A stretch of 64,000 bases of DNA from Candidatus Kaiserbacteria bacterium (GCA_026396715.1 JAPLWH010000014.1:8063-72062), one strand, 5' to 3'; shown: positions 28,011 through 38,361, counted from the stretch's first letter. Made by a program: numbers and translations. The notes: generated by a model from the letters alone, not told the origin.

Positions 28011-29461
28011 ATAAGTATCGCGTAAGCGACGAGCACGAGCCAGAATGGAAAGAGCGGAAGCGTAAAAGCTGCGAAAGGAAGCGCGGCTGATTCGTGTGCG
28101 ATAAAGAGCAGTGTCTTGGTGGCGAGATATGCTGGGAATGCGAGCAGGATCCCCAAGAGCGGCGCGATTGAGTGAAAGAGCATTCCTGCGAAACCTGCGA
28201 GCGCGGAGAAACCCATAGCGAGCGGAACGAGCGATATCGTGAGCAGATTTGCTGGTAGTGCGACGAGCGAGAGATTGCCGGTGTCATATAAAAGGAGTGG
28301 AAGGACGGCGACTTGTGCGGCGAGCGTCGTCGCAAGCGCACTTTTCCAAAAGGCATTTTTGATACGCAAGAACGGCTCGATGACAGGAGTAAGCCAGATG
28401 AGTCCTGCGGTTGCCGCAACCGAGAGTCCGAAGCCCGGATCGAAGACGAGATAGAGCGGATTCCACAGAAGCATGAGCAGTACGACGAGGAAAAGGGCAC
28501 GACCGGCGGTGTAGGTGCGCGCGCTCGCGCGCGCATAGAGTGCGATGATTGCCATGAGTGCGGCGCGCAGCGCGGTCGCTGAAGCTCCCGCAATGCCAAC
28601 GAATATGAGAATGGCGCAGGCACCCGCCGCCGCTCGCCATCGCCGTGAGAGTTTCGTGAGGGCGAGCGCACTCATGACCCACTCCGCGACGATCATGACG
28701 TTGTAGCCGGAGAGGACGATGATCTGTACGAGGCCGCTGCGGATGAAGTCATTCTGCAATTCTTTCCCGAGCCCAGACTTCCCTCCTATCACGATGCCGC
28801 CTGCAAGTGAGGTGTAGGGTTCGGGGAGCGTCGCCGTGAGTCCGTCGAGAAACGCATGTTTGATTCGCGCGAGTAGCGCAGGCAGTGAATACCAGGGTGC
28901 TTCTTCAGTGATGCGCAGGTACGCGAAGTTGAGTAGGAAGCGCACTCCGTCGCGCTGGAGGTATTTGTCGTATCGAAAGATTCTTCCATTGTCGTCGGCA
29001 AATGGCTTGGGCACGGCGAGTGTTCCCGATACATATATATGGTCACCTACCGAAACGCTCGGGTGTCGCGGCGCAATGGCGAGCATCGTCGTCGCCACTC
29101 CCCCGCTCTCGATGCGAATCTCCACACGTTGATTCGCGTCGCGCACGTCGGGGTCGGCAACGACGACTCCTTCATAGGAGACGCGATGCTGCAGGTCTCG
29201 CGCGAAAGTATCGGGCAGTGGTGTGTCAGCGATTGATTCGCGCAGCATGCCGAGCGCAACAAATAAACAGAAAGCCGCGCCAAGTGAGTACACAAGGCGC
29301 GGCTTTAAAAATGCTGCTCCCGCAAAAAGCACAAACAGAAGCAGTGCGAACACAGTCGGCGCCAGGCTACTTGTGGTGAGCGAAGTCGAACCAAAAAAGA
29401 AAAGCGAGCGGAGAAATACTCCGCTCGCAAATCCCGAAACGATAGCGATTAAAAATTCCAT
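27941..29461 (-). CDS. comEC: ComEC/Rec2 competence membrane protein
   Basis: OB-fold DUF4131-like region, FIRSGLVQIIVLSGYN, LRAALM, DPGFGLS. Confidence 0.88.
   Translation of the reverse strand: MEFLIAIVSGFASGVFLRSLFFFGSTSLTTSSLAPTVFALLLFVLFAGAAFLKPRLVYSLGAAFCLFVALGMLRESIADTPLPDTFARDLQHRVSYEGVVVADPDVRDANQRVEIRIESGGVATTMLAIAPRHPSVSVGDHIYVSGTLAVPKPFADDNGRIFRYDKYLQRDGVRFLLNFAYLRITEEAPWYSLPALLARIKHAFLDGLTATLPEPYTSLAGGIVIGGKSGLGKELQNDFIRSGLVQIIVLSGYNVMIVAEWVMSALALTKLSRRWRAAAGACAILIFVGIAGASATALRAALMAIIALYARASARTYTAGRALFLVVLLMLLWNPLYLVFDPGFGLSVAATAGLIWLTPVIEPFLRIKNAFWKSALATTLAAQVAVLPLLLYDTGNLSLVALPANLLTISLVPLAMGFSALAGFAGMLFHSIAPLLGILLAFPAYLATKTLLFIAHESAALPFAAFTLPLFPFWLVLVAYAILIYFASSKRFSTTLQLRLEKKASI
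29369..29393 (-). repeat. REP-like element in frame in comEC
   Basis: TGGTTCGACTTCGCTCACCACAAGT (minus strand); encodes GSTSLTT as in sod. Confidence 0.75.
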
Positions 29462-30033
29462 CAGAAGTTAAACATTCTCCATTCAAAGTCCCGTAGAGGT
29501 ACCAACTCTAGTTCTGGGGCAGTTTCTTTTAACAGCGAAACCGCTTTCTCATTCGGCGGCAAATCCGGGCTTTCGTAGTGGCAGATAACCCGCACCGGTA
29601 CGAGACCAAGTCCTTCGCGCACTTTTTCTCCGTCGTGAGAAGGGCCGAGTCGTGCCAACGCGTATGTGCCTGCGGAAGATCCTGCAACCGTCTTCCCCGC
29701 GACGAGTGGTTTTAAATCGGGATATGTGCGCAGGACATCTACGAGCTTGTTCGTACTGCCGCCACCCAAGTAGAGTGCGCCAGACTGTTTGATTTGATCG
29801 AGGAAAGTATCGTGTGTTGCCATAAGAAAACTAAAATTTTTTCCGCCGGACTGATTCCGTATGCGTTCGACATTCTCTTTGAATTTTTCGGAATTGTCCT
29901 GTTCTCGTGATGCGAAATACACTAAAAGAATGGTACTTCCATCGGGTACGTCCCGCACAAGCTCTTTATAAAAAGCCCTGTTTGATTCATTGTCTTTTCG
30001 AGTGAATCCCCCGTGGAGAATATATTTAGTCAT
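29461..30033 (-). CDS. Peptidase S51 / class I glutamine amidotransferase-like protein
   Basis: LYLGGGST, VAGSSAG nucleophile elbow, GLGLV..VICHY. Confidence 0.75.
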   Translation of the reverse strand: MTKYILHGGFTRKDNESNRAFYKELVRDVPDGSTILLVYFASREQDNSEKFKENVERIRNQSGGKNFSFLMATHDTFLDQIKQSGALYLGGGSTNKLVDVLRTYPDLKPLVAGKTVAGSSAGTYALARLGPSHDGEKVREGLGLVPVRVICHYESPDLPPNEKAVSLLKETAPELELVPLRDFEWRMFNF

Positions 30034-30064
30034 CAGCACTATTCTACTTCATAAACGGCGATTG

Positions 30065-30499
30065 TTATGTGGCGCGGTCCATCGCGGCGTTGGCGAGAGC
30101 GTCGGCGTCGGAATTTTCGGCGCGGAAGACGTGCGTGAACGTAACTTTGCCGAATGTTGCCGCGGCCTGCATGAGTCGCGCATACTGCGCCTTCATGACC
30201 GGGTGTTTTATCTTGTAGACGCCGTTCATCTGCTTCACGATGAGTTCGCTATCGAGCTTCACAGCGACAGTGGTCGCTCCCCTCTTTGTTGGCGCGACGA
30301 GTTTTGCGAGCTCTTCAAATGCGAGGATGACTGCTTCGTATTCGGCGAAATTGTTGGTGCGTATTCCGAGAAATTTTGAAACGCTCGCAACAGAATTTCC
30401 AAGCGCATCGCGGATCATCGCCCCGGCCCCAGAGGGGCCAGGATTTCCTCGTGAACCTCCATCTGTATGGATTGTGAAATGAGTCATGCCGCTCATCAT
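30065..30499 (-). CDS. rnhA: Ribonuclease HI
   Basis: TDGGSRGNPGPSG, TNNFAEYEA, DSELIVKQM, NSDADALAN. Confidence 0.92.
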   Translation of the reverse strand: MMSGMTHFTIHTDGGSRGNPGPSGAGAMIRDALGNSVASVSKFLGIRTNNFAEYEAVILAFEELAKLVAPTKRGATTVAVKLDSELIVKQMNGVYKIKHPVMKAQYARLMQAAATFGKVTFTHVFRAENSDADALANAAMDRAT

Positions 30500-32292
30500 A
30501 TCAATTTGATGTCGAGAAGTCGCAGGCGCACCGGGTTCCCGCGCGAGAAGGTGTCGCGCTCAAGATGCGCGATCAGATTTGCTTGTCCGCCCGCCGTGAG
30601 CTTCTCCGCCGCTCGAGCGATTGATCCTTTTACAAAAAACGTAACCGCTTCGACGGTGCGTCCGGAGCCGTCAGCTGACACGATCTTCAATTTCAAATGC
30701 TCCTCCCCTTTTCCGAAGCGTGAAATCTCTCGCACGATCACTTCGCGCAAAAGGAATACCGGCTTCGCATTTTGCTGGCCAAAAGGTGCGAGCTTCTCAA
30801 TTTTTAAAAGAAATGACGTCGTCGCTTCTTCCGGCGTGATGTGCGCATCGGCGCGCTGCACCAAGCTGTCTTCAGCTGTTTTCCCTTTCAGCATTTTCGT
30901 ATGCGCTTCGACGAGCCGGTCTTCAAGAAAAAATACTTCGGTATCGTGGACGGCGAAACCGCCCGCCGCCGCATGTCCGCCGAATTTGACGAATGCTTTT
31001 TCTGTCGCGCGCATGAGTTCCATAATGTGCGTCCTGCCGCCGCTTCGTACCGATCCTTTCAAACGCATGTTCCCTTCCCTCCCCCATAAAAATACTGGCC
31101 GCTCATATTCATCTGCAATCGTGTTTGCAACAAGTCCGAGAAGTGCGGGTCGCCAGTCAGGATCGCCGAGTGCGATTATGCTGCGCATCTCGCCGCGTTC
31201 TTTGAGTCGCGTGTGTACCGCGCGCGTGATCGCGCCCGCCTGAGCCTTTCGCTCGCGGTTCAACTTCTCCAATTTCTTTGCAAGTTCGTCCGCTTCGTTT
31301 TCATCGGCGGTCGTGAAGAGTTGGAACGCATCGCGCGCATTGCCCATCCGGCTCGCGGCATTTACGCGTGGCGCAATCATGAAGCCGACATCGTCTTCAG
31401 TGATCGAGTGCTGCTCCACCCGCATCCCGCGGCATAATTTTTGAAGCCCGATCCTCGGTGACTTACGCATCACTTTGAGCCCGTAGGTGGCGAGCACACG
31501 GTTCTCACCTGTAAGCGGCACCATGTCGGCGATGGTCGCGAGTCCGACCATATCGAGAAGCCACTTCTCCCACCCGACCGGAACTTTCTCGCGGAGTGTT
31601 GGAGCAACAGCAAGTGTCGCACAGACGAGTTTCCACGCGACACCCGAGCCGCACAAACTACGGAACGGATACGTCTCGTCGGGGCTTGTCCCGTTAGAGG
31701 CGCTCGCCTCCGGCGAGCCAGGCACCTCGGGTGCCTTATCTCTAACGGGACGGGCATTCGGGTTCACGACCGCGAAGGCATCGGGTAATTTTTCTCCCGG
31801 GAGGTGGTGGTCGGTAATGATGACGTCCATGCCGAGCTCTTTCGCACGCGCGACCGGAACGACATCGGTAATGCCCGAGTCGACCGTCACGATGAGCTTC
31901 ACTCCCCTCTTTGCGAGCTGCTCGATGCCGCCGACATTCATGCCGTACCCTTCGTCATGTCGGTGTGGAATATAGTTTTCAAAATCAGCGCCAGCTTTTT
32001 TCAGAAAGTCGTGCAGCAGCACGCCGCCCGGAATGCCGTCGCAGTCGTAGTCGCTCCAAACCGCAATCTTTTCTTTCGCCAGAATCGCAGCAGCAAATCG
32101 TTCGGCTGCTTTGCGCATGTCGACCATCAGGAACGGATCGTGCAGGTGCTCATCGTAAGACGGATTCAAAAACTTTTCCGCTTCTTCTTTCGTCAGGACG
32201 CCACGGCGCACTAAGAGTGCCGCGGTGAGGTCGTCGTGTGCGTCGAGTTCGCCGCGGAGCACCGCATCGAGTGGGTCATGGAGCGGAAACAT
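30496..32292 (-). CDS. recJ: ssDNA-specific exonuclease
   Basis: DYDCDG, VTVDSG, ITDHH, ATIADMVPL, GGHAAAGG. Confidence 0.93.
   Translation of the reverse strand: MFPLHDPLDAVLRGELDAHDDLTAALLVRRGVLTKEEAEKFLNPSYDEHLHDPFLMVDMRKAAERFAAAILAKEKIAVWSDYDCDGIPGGVLLHDFLKKAGADFENYIPHRHDEGYGMNVGGIEQLAKRGVKLIVTVDSGITDVVPVARAKELGMDVIITDHHLPGEKLPDAFAVVNPNARPVRDKAPEVPGSPEASASNGTSPDETYPFRSLCGSGVAWKLVCATLAVAPTLREKVPVGWEKWLLDMVGLATIADMVPLTGENRVLATYGLKVMRKSPRIGLQKLCRGMRVEQHSITEDDVGFMIAPRVNAASRMGNARDAFQLFTTADENEADELAKKLEKLNRERKAQAGAITRAVHTRLKERGEMRSIIALGDPDWRPALLGLVANTIADEYERPVFLWGREGNMRLKGSVRSGGRTHIMELMRATEKAFVKFGGHAAAGGFAVHDTEVFFLEDRLVEAHTKMLKGKTAEDSLVQRADAHITPEEATTSFLLKIEKLAPFGQQNAKPVFLLREVIVREISRFGKGEEHLKLKIVSADGSGRTVEAVTFFVKGSIARAAEKLTAGGQANLIAHLERDTFSRGNPVRLRLLDIKLI
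31688..31751. mobile_element. MITE-like element, CCCGTTAG family (copy 2), in frame inside recJ
   Basis: GTCCCGTTAGA...TCTAACGGGAC; adds about RPVRDKAPEVPGSPEASASNGTS between VVNPN and DETYPF. Confidence 0.7.
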
Positions 32293-32423
32293 GTGAACGC
32301 TATTGTATACCCCATGAGATAATTTATCCCGCCTTCGCTGTCCATATTCTCCTTGGTCCGATAAGTTATTGCCAGAGGCATCTCGTCTTTAGAAACATCT
32401 ATCTCACGGGGTATACTTCTGAA

Positions 32424-32834
32424 ATGGAAGATACCATTTTTATGAAAATCATCCGGCGCGAAATCCCTGCGGACATCGTGTACGAAGATGCCGAGACCAT
32501 CGCTTTTCTCGATGTGAAACCCGCAGCACCCGGACATACTCTCGTGGTACCCAAGAAGCCGGTACAGAATATTTTCGATGTAGACGATGGCACACTCGTC
32601 GCGGTGATGCGCACCGTGCGGAAGATCGCTCCTGCTGTGCGTAACTCTGTCGGCGCACACGGTGTGCACATCAACTCCAATCACGGCGCGGCGGCGGGCC
32701 AGATTGTTTTTCACCTGCACTTTCACATCATCCCGCGTCACGACAGAAATGAATTCTCTTTTTGGCCGCAGCACGACTCAGCACGGAGTGAGTTCGTCAC
32801 GATCGCCGAAAAAATACGTCAGTTGCTCGGGTGA
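32424..32834 (+). CDS. HIT family protein
   Basis: IFMKIIRREIPA, PGHTLVVPK, FHLHFHIIPR. Confidence 0.92.
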   Translation: MEDTIFMKIIRREIPADIVYEDAETIAFLDVKPAAPGHTLVVPKKPVQNIFDVDDGTLVAVMRTVRKIAPAVRNSVGAHGVHINSNHGAAAGQIVFHLHFHIIPRHDRNEFSFWPQHDSARSEFVTIAEKIRQLLG

Positions 32835-33982
32835 GAAGAGATCGCCTTGATGCCTGGGAGAGTTCCTTTCGCGAGAAAGTCGAGCATCGCGCCGCCGCCG
32901 GTGGAGACGAATGAGAAGTGCGGTAAGAGTCCGAGGTTTTCTATCGCAGCGATCGTGTCGCCTCCGCCGATGACCGAGTGCGCACCTGAGGCTGCAACCG
33001 CCCGTGCAAAGGCGTCGGTCGCGTCGATAAATCCGTTTTCATAATTCCCCAAGGGACCGTTCCAGAGAATCGTTTTTGATTTTTGCGCGAGGCTGAAAAG
33101 GAGTGCCGAGGTTCCCGGGCCGTGGTCGAGGATCACTTCATCAGTCCGTACGTCTCCCGCCGTTGCGACACGCGCTCCCGCGCGCTCTGTTGGTGTGCCA
33201 ACAGCAGTTGCCGAGATGACGAGGGAGTCTATGGGTATGACGAGTTTCGGATTTGCTAAGAGTTTTTTGATAGCGTTAGCATCTGCATTTGAAACAAGTG
33301 ATTTCCCCACCTCGTGTCCCGCCACTTTGAGAAAATCATTCGCGAGCGCGCCGCCGACGAAGACATGGTCGTACGTTTTTAGCAGCGTCGTGAGCACGGC
33401 TTCTTTCGTGCTGAATTTCGCTCCGCCGATGACGGCGAGCGAAGGGTGTATGGGCATAAGTGCTCGTGATAATTCGCGGACTTCTTCTTCAAGAAGGAGT
33501 CCAGCATAGCTCGGCAGGAGCTCGGGGACGCCGATGATTGACGCGTGTGCGCGGTGACACGTATCAAAAGAATCCTCAACAAAGATATCGGCGAGCGCGG
33601 CGAGCTCGTGTGCGAACGTGCGATCATTTGCAATCTCCCCTTTGTTTCGTCGTAAGTTTTCGAGCACGAGCACTTGGCCTGGCGCGAGGTTGCGGATTGC
33701 CGCGCGCGCGCGGACGCCGACCGTCTCGCCGAAAAACGAGACACCCAAAAGAAGTTTTCCGAGCGCTCTTGCTACAGGTTCGAGGGTCTCTGTCCCCTGT
33801 TCCCCGAGGTGTCCGATGAGTACGACTTTTGCGCCACGTGCGGCAAGATATTTTATAGTCGGCACGGCGCGGCGTAAGCGATAGTCATTTATGACCTCGC
33901 CGTTTTCAATAGGGACGTTCAGTGCTGCCCGCACGAGTATCGGAATGTTTTCAAATATTTGAATGTCGCGAATGGTGCGCAT
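32819..33982 (-). CDS. pgk: Phosphoglycerate kinase
   Basis: LNVP, LENLR, HRAHAS, IGGAK, WNGPLG, GGGDT, STGGGA. Confidence 0.95.
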   Translation of the reverse strand: MRTIRDIQIFENIPILVRAALNVPIENGEVINDYRLRRAVPTIKYLAARGAKVVLIGHLGEQGTETLEPVARALGKLLLGVSFFGETVGVRARAAIRNLAPGQVLVLENLRRNKGEIANDRTFAHELAALADIFVEDSFDTCHRAHASIIGVPELLPSYAGLLLEEEVRELSRALMPIHPSLAVIGGAKFSTKEAVLTTLLKTYDHVFVGGALANDFLKVAGHEVGKSLVSNADANAIKKLLANPKLVIPIDSLVISATAVGTPTERAGARVATAGDVRTDEVILDHGPGTSALLFSLAQKSKTILWNGPLGNYENGFIDATDAFARAVAASGAHSVIGGGDTIAAIENLGLLPHFSFVSTGGGAMLDFLAKGTLPGIKAISSHPSN

Positions 33983-34098
33983 CCCGTTAGAAATAGAACA
34001 CGAACATCGCTAGGGAGATGTTGTGACCTATCTGATTAGTGATAATGCAGTTCATGTTCGTAATAATTTTAACAGACGGGTTCGTTATTTCTAACGGG
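33983..34098. mobile_element. MITE-like element, CCCGTTAG family (copy 3)
   Basis: CCCGTTAGAAATA/TATTTCTAACGGG between the tpiA stop and pgk ATG; flanked by GCGCAT/ACGCAT. Confidence 0.72.
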
Positions 34099-34108
34099 AC
34101 GCATCCCG

Positions 34109-34852
34109 TTAGGTAAGCTGCTTCACGAGTGCTGAAAAGGTGAAGGGATCGATCGTCGCGTGCCCAATGAGAAATCCTTCGACGCCGGAGTCCGCCGCAA
34201 GCGCGCGGATATTTCCCGGCTCGACGGAACCGCCGTAGAGAACGAATGAATGGCGCGAACTTTTTCCAGGCAGAAGCTCCGCGAGTACTTTTCGGATGTA
34301 GAGCGTCATCTCCGCAAGGTCATTGGACTCGATTGCGTCAGCGGCGGTTTTCCCGATTGCCCAGAGTGGTTCGTACGCGACGATTACCTGCGAACGTTCT
34401 TTTGCGGTAAGCGGCTCAAGAGCAAGTGTAATTTCTTCGCGCACGTAAGCGAGATAGCGCCCTTCCCCATCGCGCTCATGTTCACCGACGCAGAGGATGG
34501 GGGTGAGGCCATGCGCAAGAGCATGCGCAAGTTTCTCGGCGATGATTGCATTGGTCTCGCCGAGTGCTCGCCGTTCGGAATGTCCGATGATCACATACGT
34601 CGCCCCAGCTGCGGCATACGCCTGCGCGGTTGCTTCACCAGTCTGTGCTCCGCCGGTCGTCGCCGAGACATCTTGCGCAGCGAAAGCAATTTTCGATTTG
34701 TTGTTTGCGGCGAGCACGCCGAGAAAAGGCACGGGCGGCGCGAGCACAATGGTGATGTCGCTTGTGCGAGCGAGTTTTTTACTCGTCGCAAGCAGCGACT
34801 TCGCTTTCCGTATGTCTTCCACGTAGGCCTTCCAGTTTGCAACTATAAGCAT
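34109..34852 (-). CDS. tpiA: Triosephosphate isomerase
   Basis: VANWK, IGHSERR, AYEPLWAIG, LYGGSV. Confidence 0.95.
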   Translation of the reverse strand: MLIVANWKAYVEDIRKAKSLLATSKKLARTSDITIVLAPPVPFLGVLAANNKSKIAFAAQDVSATTGGAQTGEATAQAYAAAGATYVIIGHSERRALGETNAIIAEKLAHALAHGLTPILCVGEHERDGEGRYLAYVREEITLALEPLTAKERSQVIVAYEPLWAIGKTAADAIESNDLAEMTLYIRKVLAELLPGKSSRHSFVLYGGSVEPGNIRALAADSGVEGFLIGHATIDPFTFSALVKQLT

Positions 34853-34884
34853 AGGCCCATATGATAGCAGGCTACAGACGCTGG

Positions 34885-36210
34885 TCAGCGAGTAATGGCG
34901 TAGGTGCCTGGGACAAGGCTCCAGCTCCCCCCTGGTCCTGATTCGAATACGGCGCTAGGGAGACCGGTGTCATAGGTGACGTTCGCTGAATTTTCAAGAT
35001 GTATCTTATAGGCGGTAACCTCTTTTAAGGAGACAGTATTTTTAAGCGGGATGAGTCCGTGTGCGGCGTAGGCGACCAGTGCAGAAGCGCTGTTACTCAG
35101 ACTGAATGCTGCCTCCTCTCCTCCCTTCTCCGCACTGTTGTTCTGAGAGATTAAGAAAACGAATGAGCCCGGCGTTCCAGAATTCTGAAACGCGGCGGTA
35201 TTTTGTACGGATATCTCACTGCTCGTGAGACGGTTTGAAGGATTGTCAGCAATAATCGCCACGTTGTTAGCGCCCAAGGACGCAGCCATTTTTACGACTG
35301 AAGAATTTTGAACGGTAATATTGCCCGTGACCCATATATGGCCGTGTATCGTTACCACCGAACGGCCGCTCACTGAAAGATCACAAGGTATCTTTACTGG
35401 CCCGATATCAACGCTTCCCGAAGAAATGGTATAGAGTCCGCTGGTGCAGACGAGCGTACCTCCAGCTGCTGCGGTAGTTTCCCATTCGCTAATCTGTGCA
35501 TCTGAAATCGGGAGCGAGGTCGTCGCCTGGTCGGGACTGTTTGGGTACGAAATGCCGGTCACCGTCGTGTTTGTTTTCGTCGTGGCATAGTATGCATTCT
35601 TATCAATGATCGTTTGTGCACCAGCATTTCCGATCGTGTGCGCGTATACGGAGCTCGTCGCATGGATGCCGTAGACGAGTCCACTCGCACCGGAGGAAAT
35701 GACATCGCCATAGATGTCATTTTGACTGGTGCCGATGACGGATCCACCTGAGAATACATTGCCGATTACTTTCGAACTATTTTCCATAAAGAAGCCGCCA
35801 TTGCCGGACTGGATACCGTAATGAAATGAAACGACTGCGTCATTGATCCCGATAGTCGCACTAACAGTCTTGGTTGCCACCGGGTTTAAGTTGCTGGGTA
35901 CGTACCCCGTCGCGGTGATCCGTTTCGTACTGGAATCGATTGTTGCCACAGTAATCATAAAGACTCCAGGACCAAGCGGTGTATTGACTTGGCCACCATA
36001 CGAAGGGTTTTGGTTTAATTGGTATGATGCTTCGTCGAGCGCCCCTTCGGCGATGGCGAGCGCCTGTGTCGCGGCGACGGTCGTGCGCTCTAATCGGTCA
36101 TAGCTCGTAATATGCCCCACCATTGCGGTTGAAACTGTCGCAAAGATACCGGCAAAAATGAGAGCGAGCAACAGGATATTCCCTTGGGTGTAGCGAGTGA
36201 ATGTTGTCAT
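34885..36210 (-). CDS. PilX-like minor pilin with beta-helix-like C-terminus
   Basis: QGNILLLALIF prepilin-like start; last gene of the pil operon. Confidence 0.65.
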   Translation of the reverse strand: MTTFTRYTQGNILLLALIFAGIFATVSTAMVGHITSYDRLERTTVAATQALAIAEGALDEASYQLNQNPSYGGQVNTPLGPGVFMITVATIDSSTKRITATGYVPSNLNPVATKTVSATIGINDAVVSFHYGIQSGNGGFFMENSSKVIGNVFSGGSVIGTSQNDIYGDVISSGASGLVYGIHATSSVYAHTIGNAGAQTIIDKNAYYATTKTNTTVTGISYPNSPDQATTSLPISDAQISEWETTAAAGGTLVCTSGLYTISSGSVDIGPVKIPCDLSVSGRSVVTIHGHIWVTGNITVQNSSVVKMAASLGANNVAIIADNPSNRLTSSEISVQNTAAFQNSGTPGSFVFLISQNNSAEKGGEEAAFSLSNSASALVAYAAHGLIPLKNTVSLKEVTAYKIHLENSANVTYDTGLPSAVFESGPGGSWSLVPGTYAITR

Positions 36211-36755
36211 AAATTACGAAGGAAAAGTTTTTCGTGTAAATGCCCCTGCACCGTTTGTTGTTTAAATTGAGCCTGTGTCTGCACGTCGGCAATCACATTC
36301 GTAACGTTGGAGAAAACAGCCTTGTCATAGGTGAAAGAGATGGAATTCAGTGTCGTGCTTAATTGCTTGATACCGGAGGCGCGAGTACTTCCCCCTCCTG
36401 CTTGTGTGAGTTGATAGAGCGTCGTTGAAGATGCGTAAAAGGCGATGTAATCATATTCTCCAGAAATAACATATCCGGCACCATTGATTTTTGGTAACTC
36501 GAGCACGAGTGTCGTCGTTGCGGAAGAATATGTTGTTCCAGAAAAGCTGTGGGAGGCGAGTATCTTATCGGCGGGCAATACCGCTGCTTCAAGAGCGCTC
36601 ATTGCGGTCCCTGCAGAGCCGGCTGTAGACATGAATGCCTGCTGATAGCCATAGGTCGAATTGAAAAGAAGGAAGAGGTTTACGAGCGCAATGAGTGCCC
36701 CGATGCTTATTCCCATGACGAGCACTGTTTCCAGAAGGCTAAATCCGCGTTTCAT
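36207..36755 (-). CDS. Prepilin-type N-terminal cleavage/methylation protein (PilW-like)
   Basis: MKRGFSLLETVLVM. Confidence 0.85.
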   Translation of the reverse strand: MKRGFSLLETVLVMGISIGALIALVNLFLLFNSTYGYQQAFMSTAGSAGTAMSALEAAVLPADKILASHSFSGTTYSSATTTLVLELPKINGAGYVISGEYDYIAFYASSTTLYQLTQAGGGSTRASGIKQLSTTLNSISFTYDKAVFSNVTNVIADVQTQAQFKQQTVQGHLHEKLFLRNL

Positions 36756-37141
36756 TTTAGTCCGGAGTTTTGCGTAATAAGCGTCGTGATTGCTGTCGAT
36801 CGAGTGCTGGAGCTGGCACCTCTCCAGGTCACGCTAGCGGTGACTTGTTTCGTTTTTGCATTAAAGGCAGTAATTGCAATGGAGGCAGAACTTGAGGCGA
36901 GCGATCCTAATAGGGTGTCAGTAAATGGGCCGCTCAAAGGGAGTGCGTCATACCCGAGTGCACGGAGCGTCTCGATCTCGCTCCGTGCAATCTTAAGTGC
37001 GAGGTCTTGATCGCGAACCTCTCTGCCATTGGCAGGGATGCGCGCGAGGAACGAGCTGGTAGCAACGATCATGACCCCGATAATGGCGATAGCTATCGTG
37101 ATTTCAATCAGTGAAAATCCGCGTTTTGGATAAGAGAACAT
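36752..37141 (-). CDS. Prepilin-type protein (PilV-like)
   Basis: KRGFSLIEITIAIAII. Confidence 0.85.
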   Translation of the reverse strand: MFSYPKRGFSLIEITIAIAIIGVMIVATSSFLARIPANGREVRDQDLALKIARSEIETLRALGYDALPLSGPFTDTLLGSLASSSASIAITAFNAKTKQVTASVTWRGASSSTRSTAITTLITQNSGLK

Positions 37142-37142
37142 G

Positions 37143-38360
37143 TTAAATTGCTGACGACAGTTGGTAAATCGGTGCAATCATCGAGACGGCAAATACGCCA
37201 ACGACGGCACCAATGAGGAGCATCAGAACCGGCTCAATGATGGTCGAAAGGTCTTTTGTTTTTTCGCCGACATCTGCTTCGTAAAACTCTGCGATCTGTT
37301 TCAACATTTCAGCGACCTTGCCGGTCTCCTCCCCCACCATGAGCATTTCACTCATAAGGATTGGGTAAAGATTCTTATGGTTGGCGAATGATGCGGAAAG
37401 CATCTCGCCCTTCCGTACATGCTCTTCCGCTTCCTTGATAACTTTCATGAATGCGTCTGCATGCACGACCTCTTTCGTTATGGAAAGAGCCTCAAGCACG
37501 GGAACTCCTGCAGAGAGGAGTGAGGAGAGTGTTCGCGCTGCGCGCGCGGTATACGTTTCGCGCACGAGCTCGCCTATAATAGGTAGATGCAATGCAACCG
37601 TGAGTACGATCGAGCTTCCAAATTTTGATTTGATGAAGAGGATTCCTCCCGTAACAAGAAATGCGAGCGCGAGAAGTACGGTTGCAACATTCGTTACCAT
37701 GAAGTTCGACAAGGCTACGATGATTCGTGTTGCAAGGGGTACTTGTACGCCGAGGGATGTGAATGTGCTGGTCAGGGTTGGTACGACGTAGAGCAACATC
37801 AGGATTCCGACGATGACAACCGCAGTGATGACGATTGCGGGGTAAATCATTGCGCCTTTAATCTTGCGTATAAGCTCTTCCGAGCGCTCCATCTGAAGTG
37901 CGACGACAGTTAGAGAATCAGGAAGTGACCCGGATTCTTCGCCTGCTCGCACCATCGCGACGAAGATGTCAGGGAAGACTCTCGGGTAAGCGGCGAGCCC
38001 TTCGTGAAATGCGGAGCCTTTTTTCACTGATTCAGAGAGACCAGCGACAATTTCTTTCAGGTGCTTATTACCCGATTGACGTTCGATGACCGAGAGTGCA
38101 CGCGAAAGCGAAAGCCCGGCGGAAAGCATCGCGGAGAGGTTCTTTGCCGTGCGGACAATCTCCATACGTTTTATCCCTGTGCCAATCGATATATTAAAGC
38201 GAGAAAATCTGCCGAGTGAGAATCCGTGCAACTCTTTGAGTTCGATAACGAACCCTCCCTCATTTCTTACTTGACTATAGACGTCGAAGCGCGAAGCTGC
38301 GCTGATGACCCGCACTTCGTTCGGAGTTCCTTCCTTTCGTACGGTAATGCGGAATTCCAT
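37143..38360 (-). CDS. pilC: Type IV pilus platform protein (GspF family)
   Basis: LSAMLSAGL, AGEESGSL, GAMIYP, VGEETG, IIEP, APIY. Confidence 0.9.
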   Translation of the reverse strand: MEFRITVRKEGTPNEVRVISAASRFDVYSQVRNEGGFVIELKELHGFSLGRFSRFNISIGTGIKRMEIVRTAKNLSAMLSAGLSLSRALSVIERQSGNKHLKEIVAGLSESVKKGSAFHEGLAAYPRVFPDIFVAMVRAGEESGSLPDSLTVVALQMERSEELIRKIKGAMIYPAIVITAVVIVGILMLLYVVPTLTSTFTSLGVQVPLATRIIVALSNFMVTNVATVLLALAFLVTGGILFIKSKFGSSIVLTVALHLPIIGELVRETYTARAARTLSSLLSAGVPVLEALSITKEVVHADAFMKVIKEAEEHVRKGEMLSASFANHKNLYPILMSEMLMVGEETGKVAEMLKQIAEFYEADVGEKTKDLSTIIEPVLMLLIGAVVGVFAVSMIAPIYQLSSAI

Positions 38361-38361
38361 A

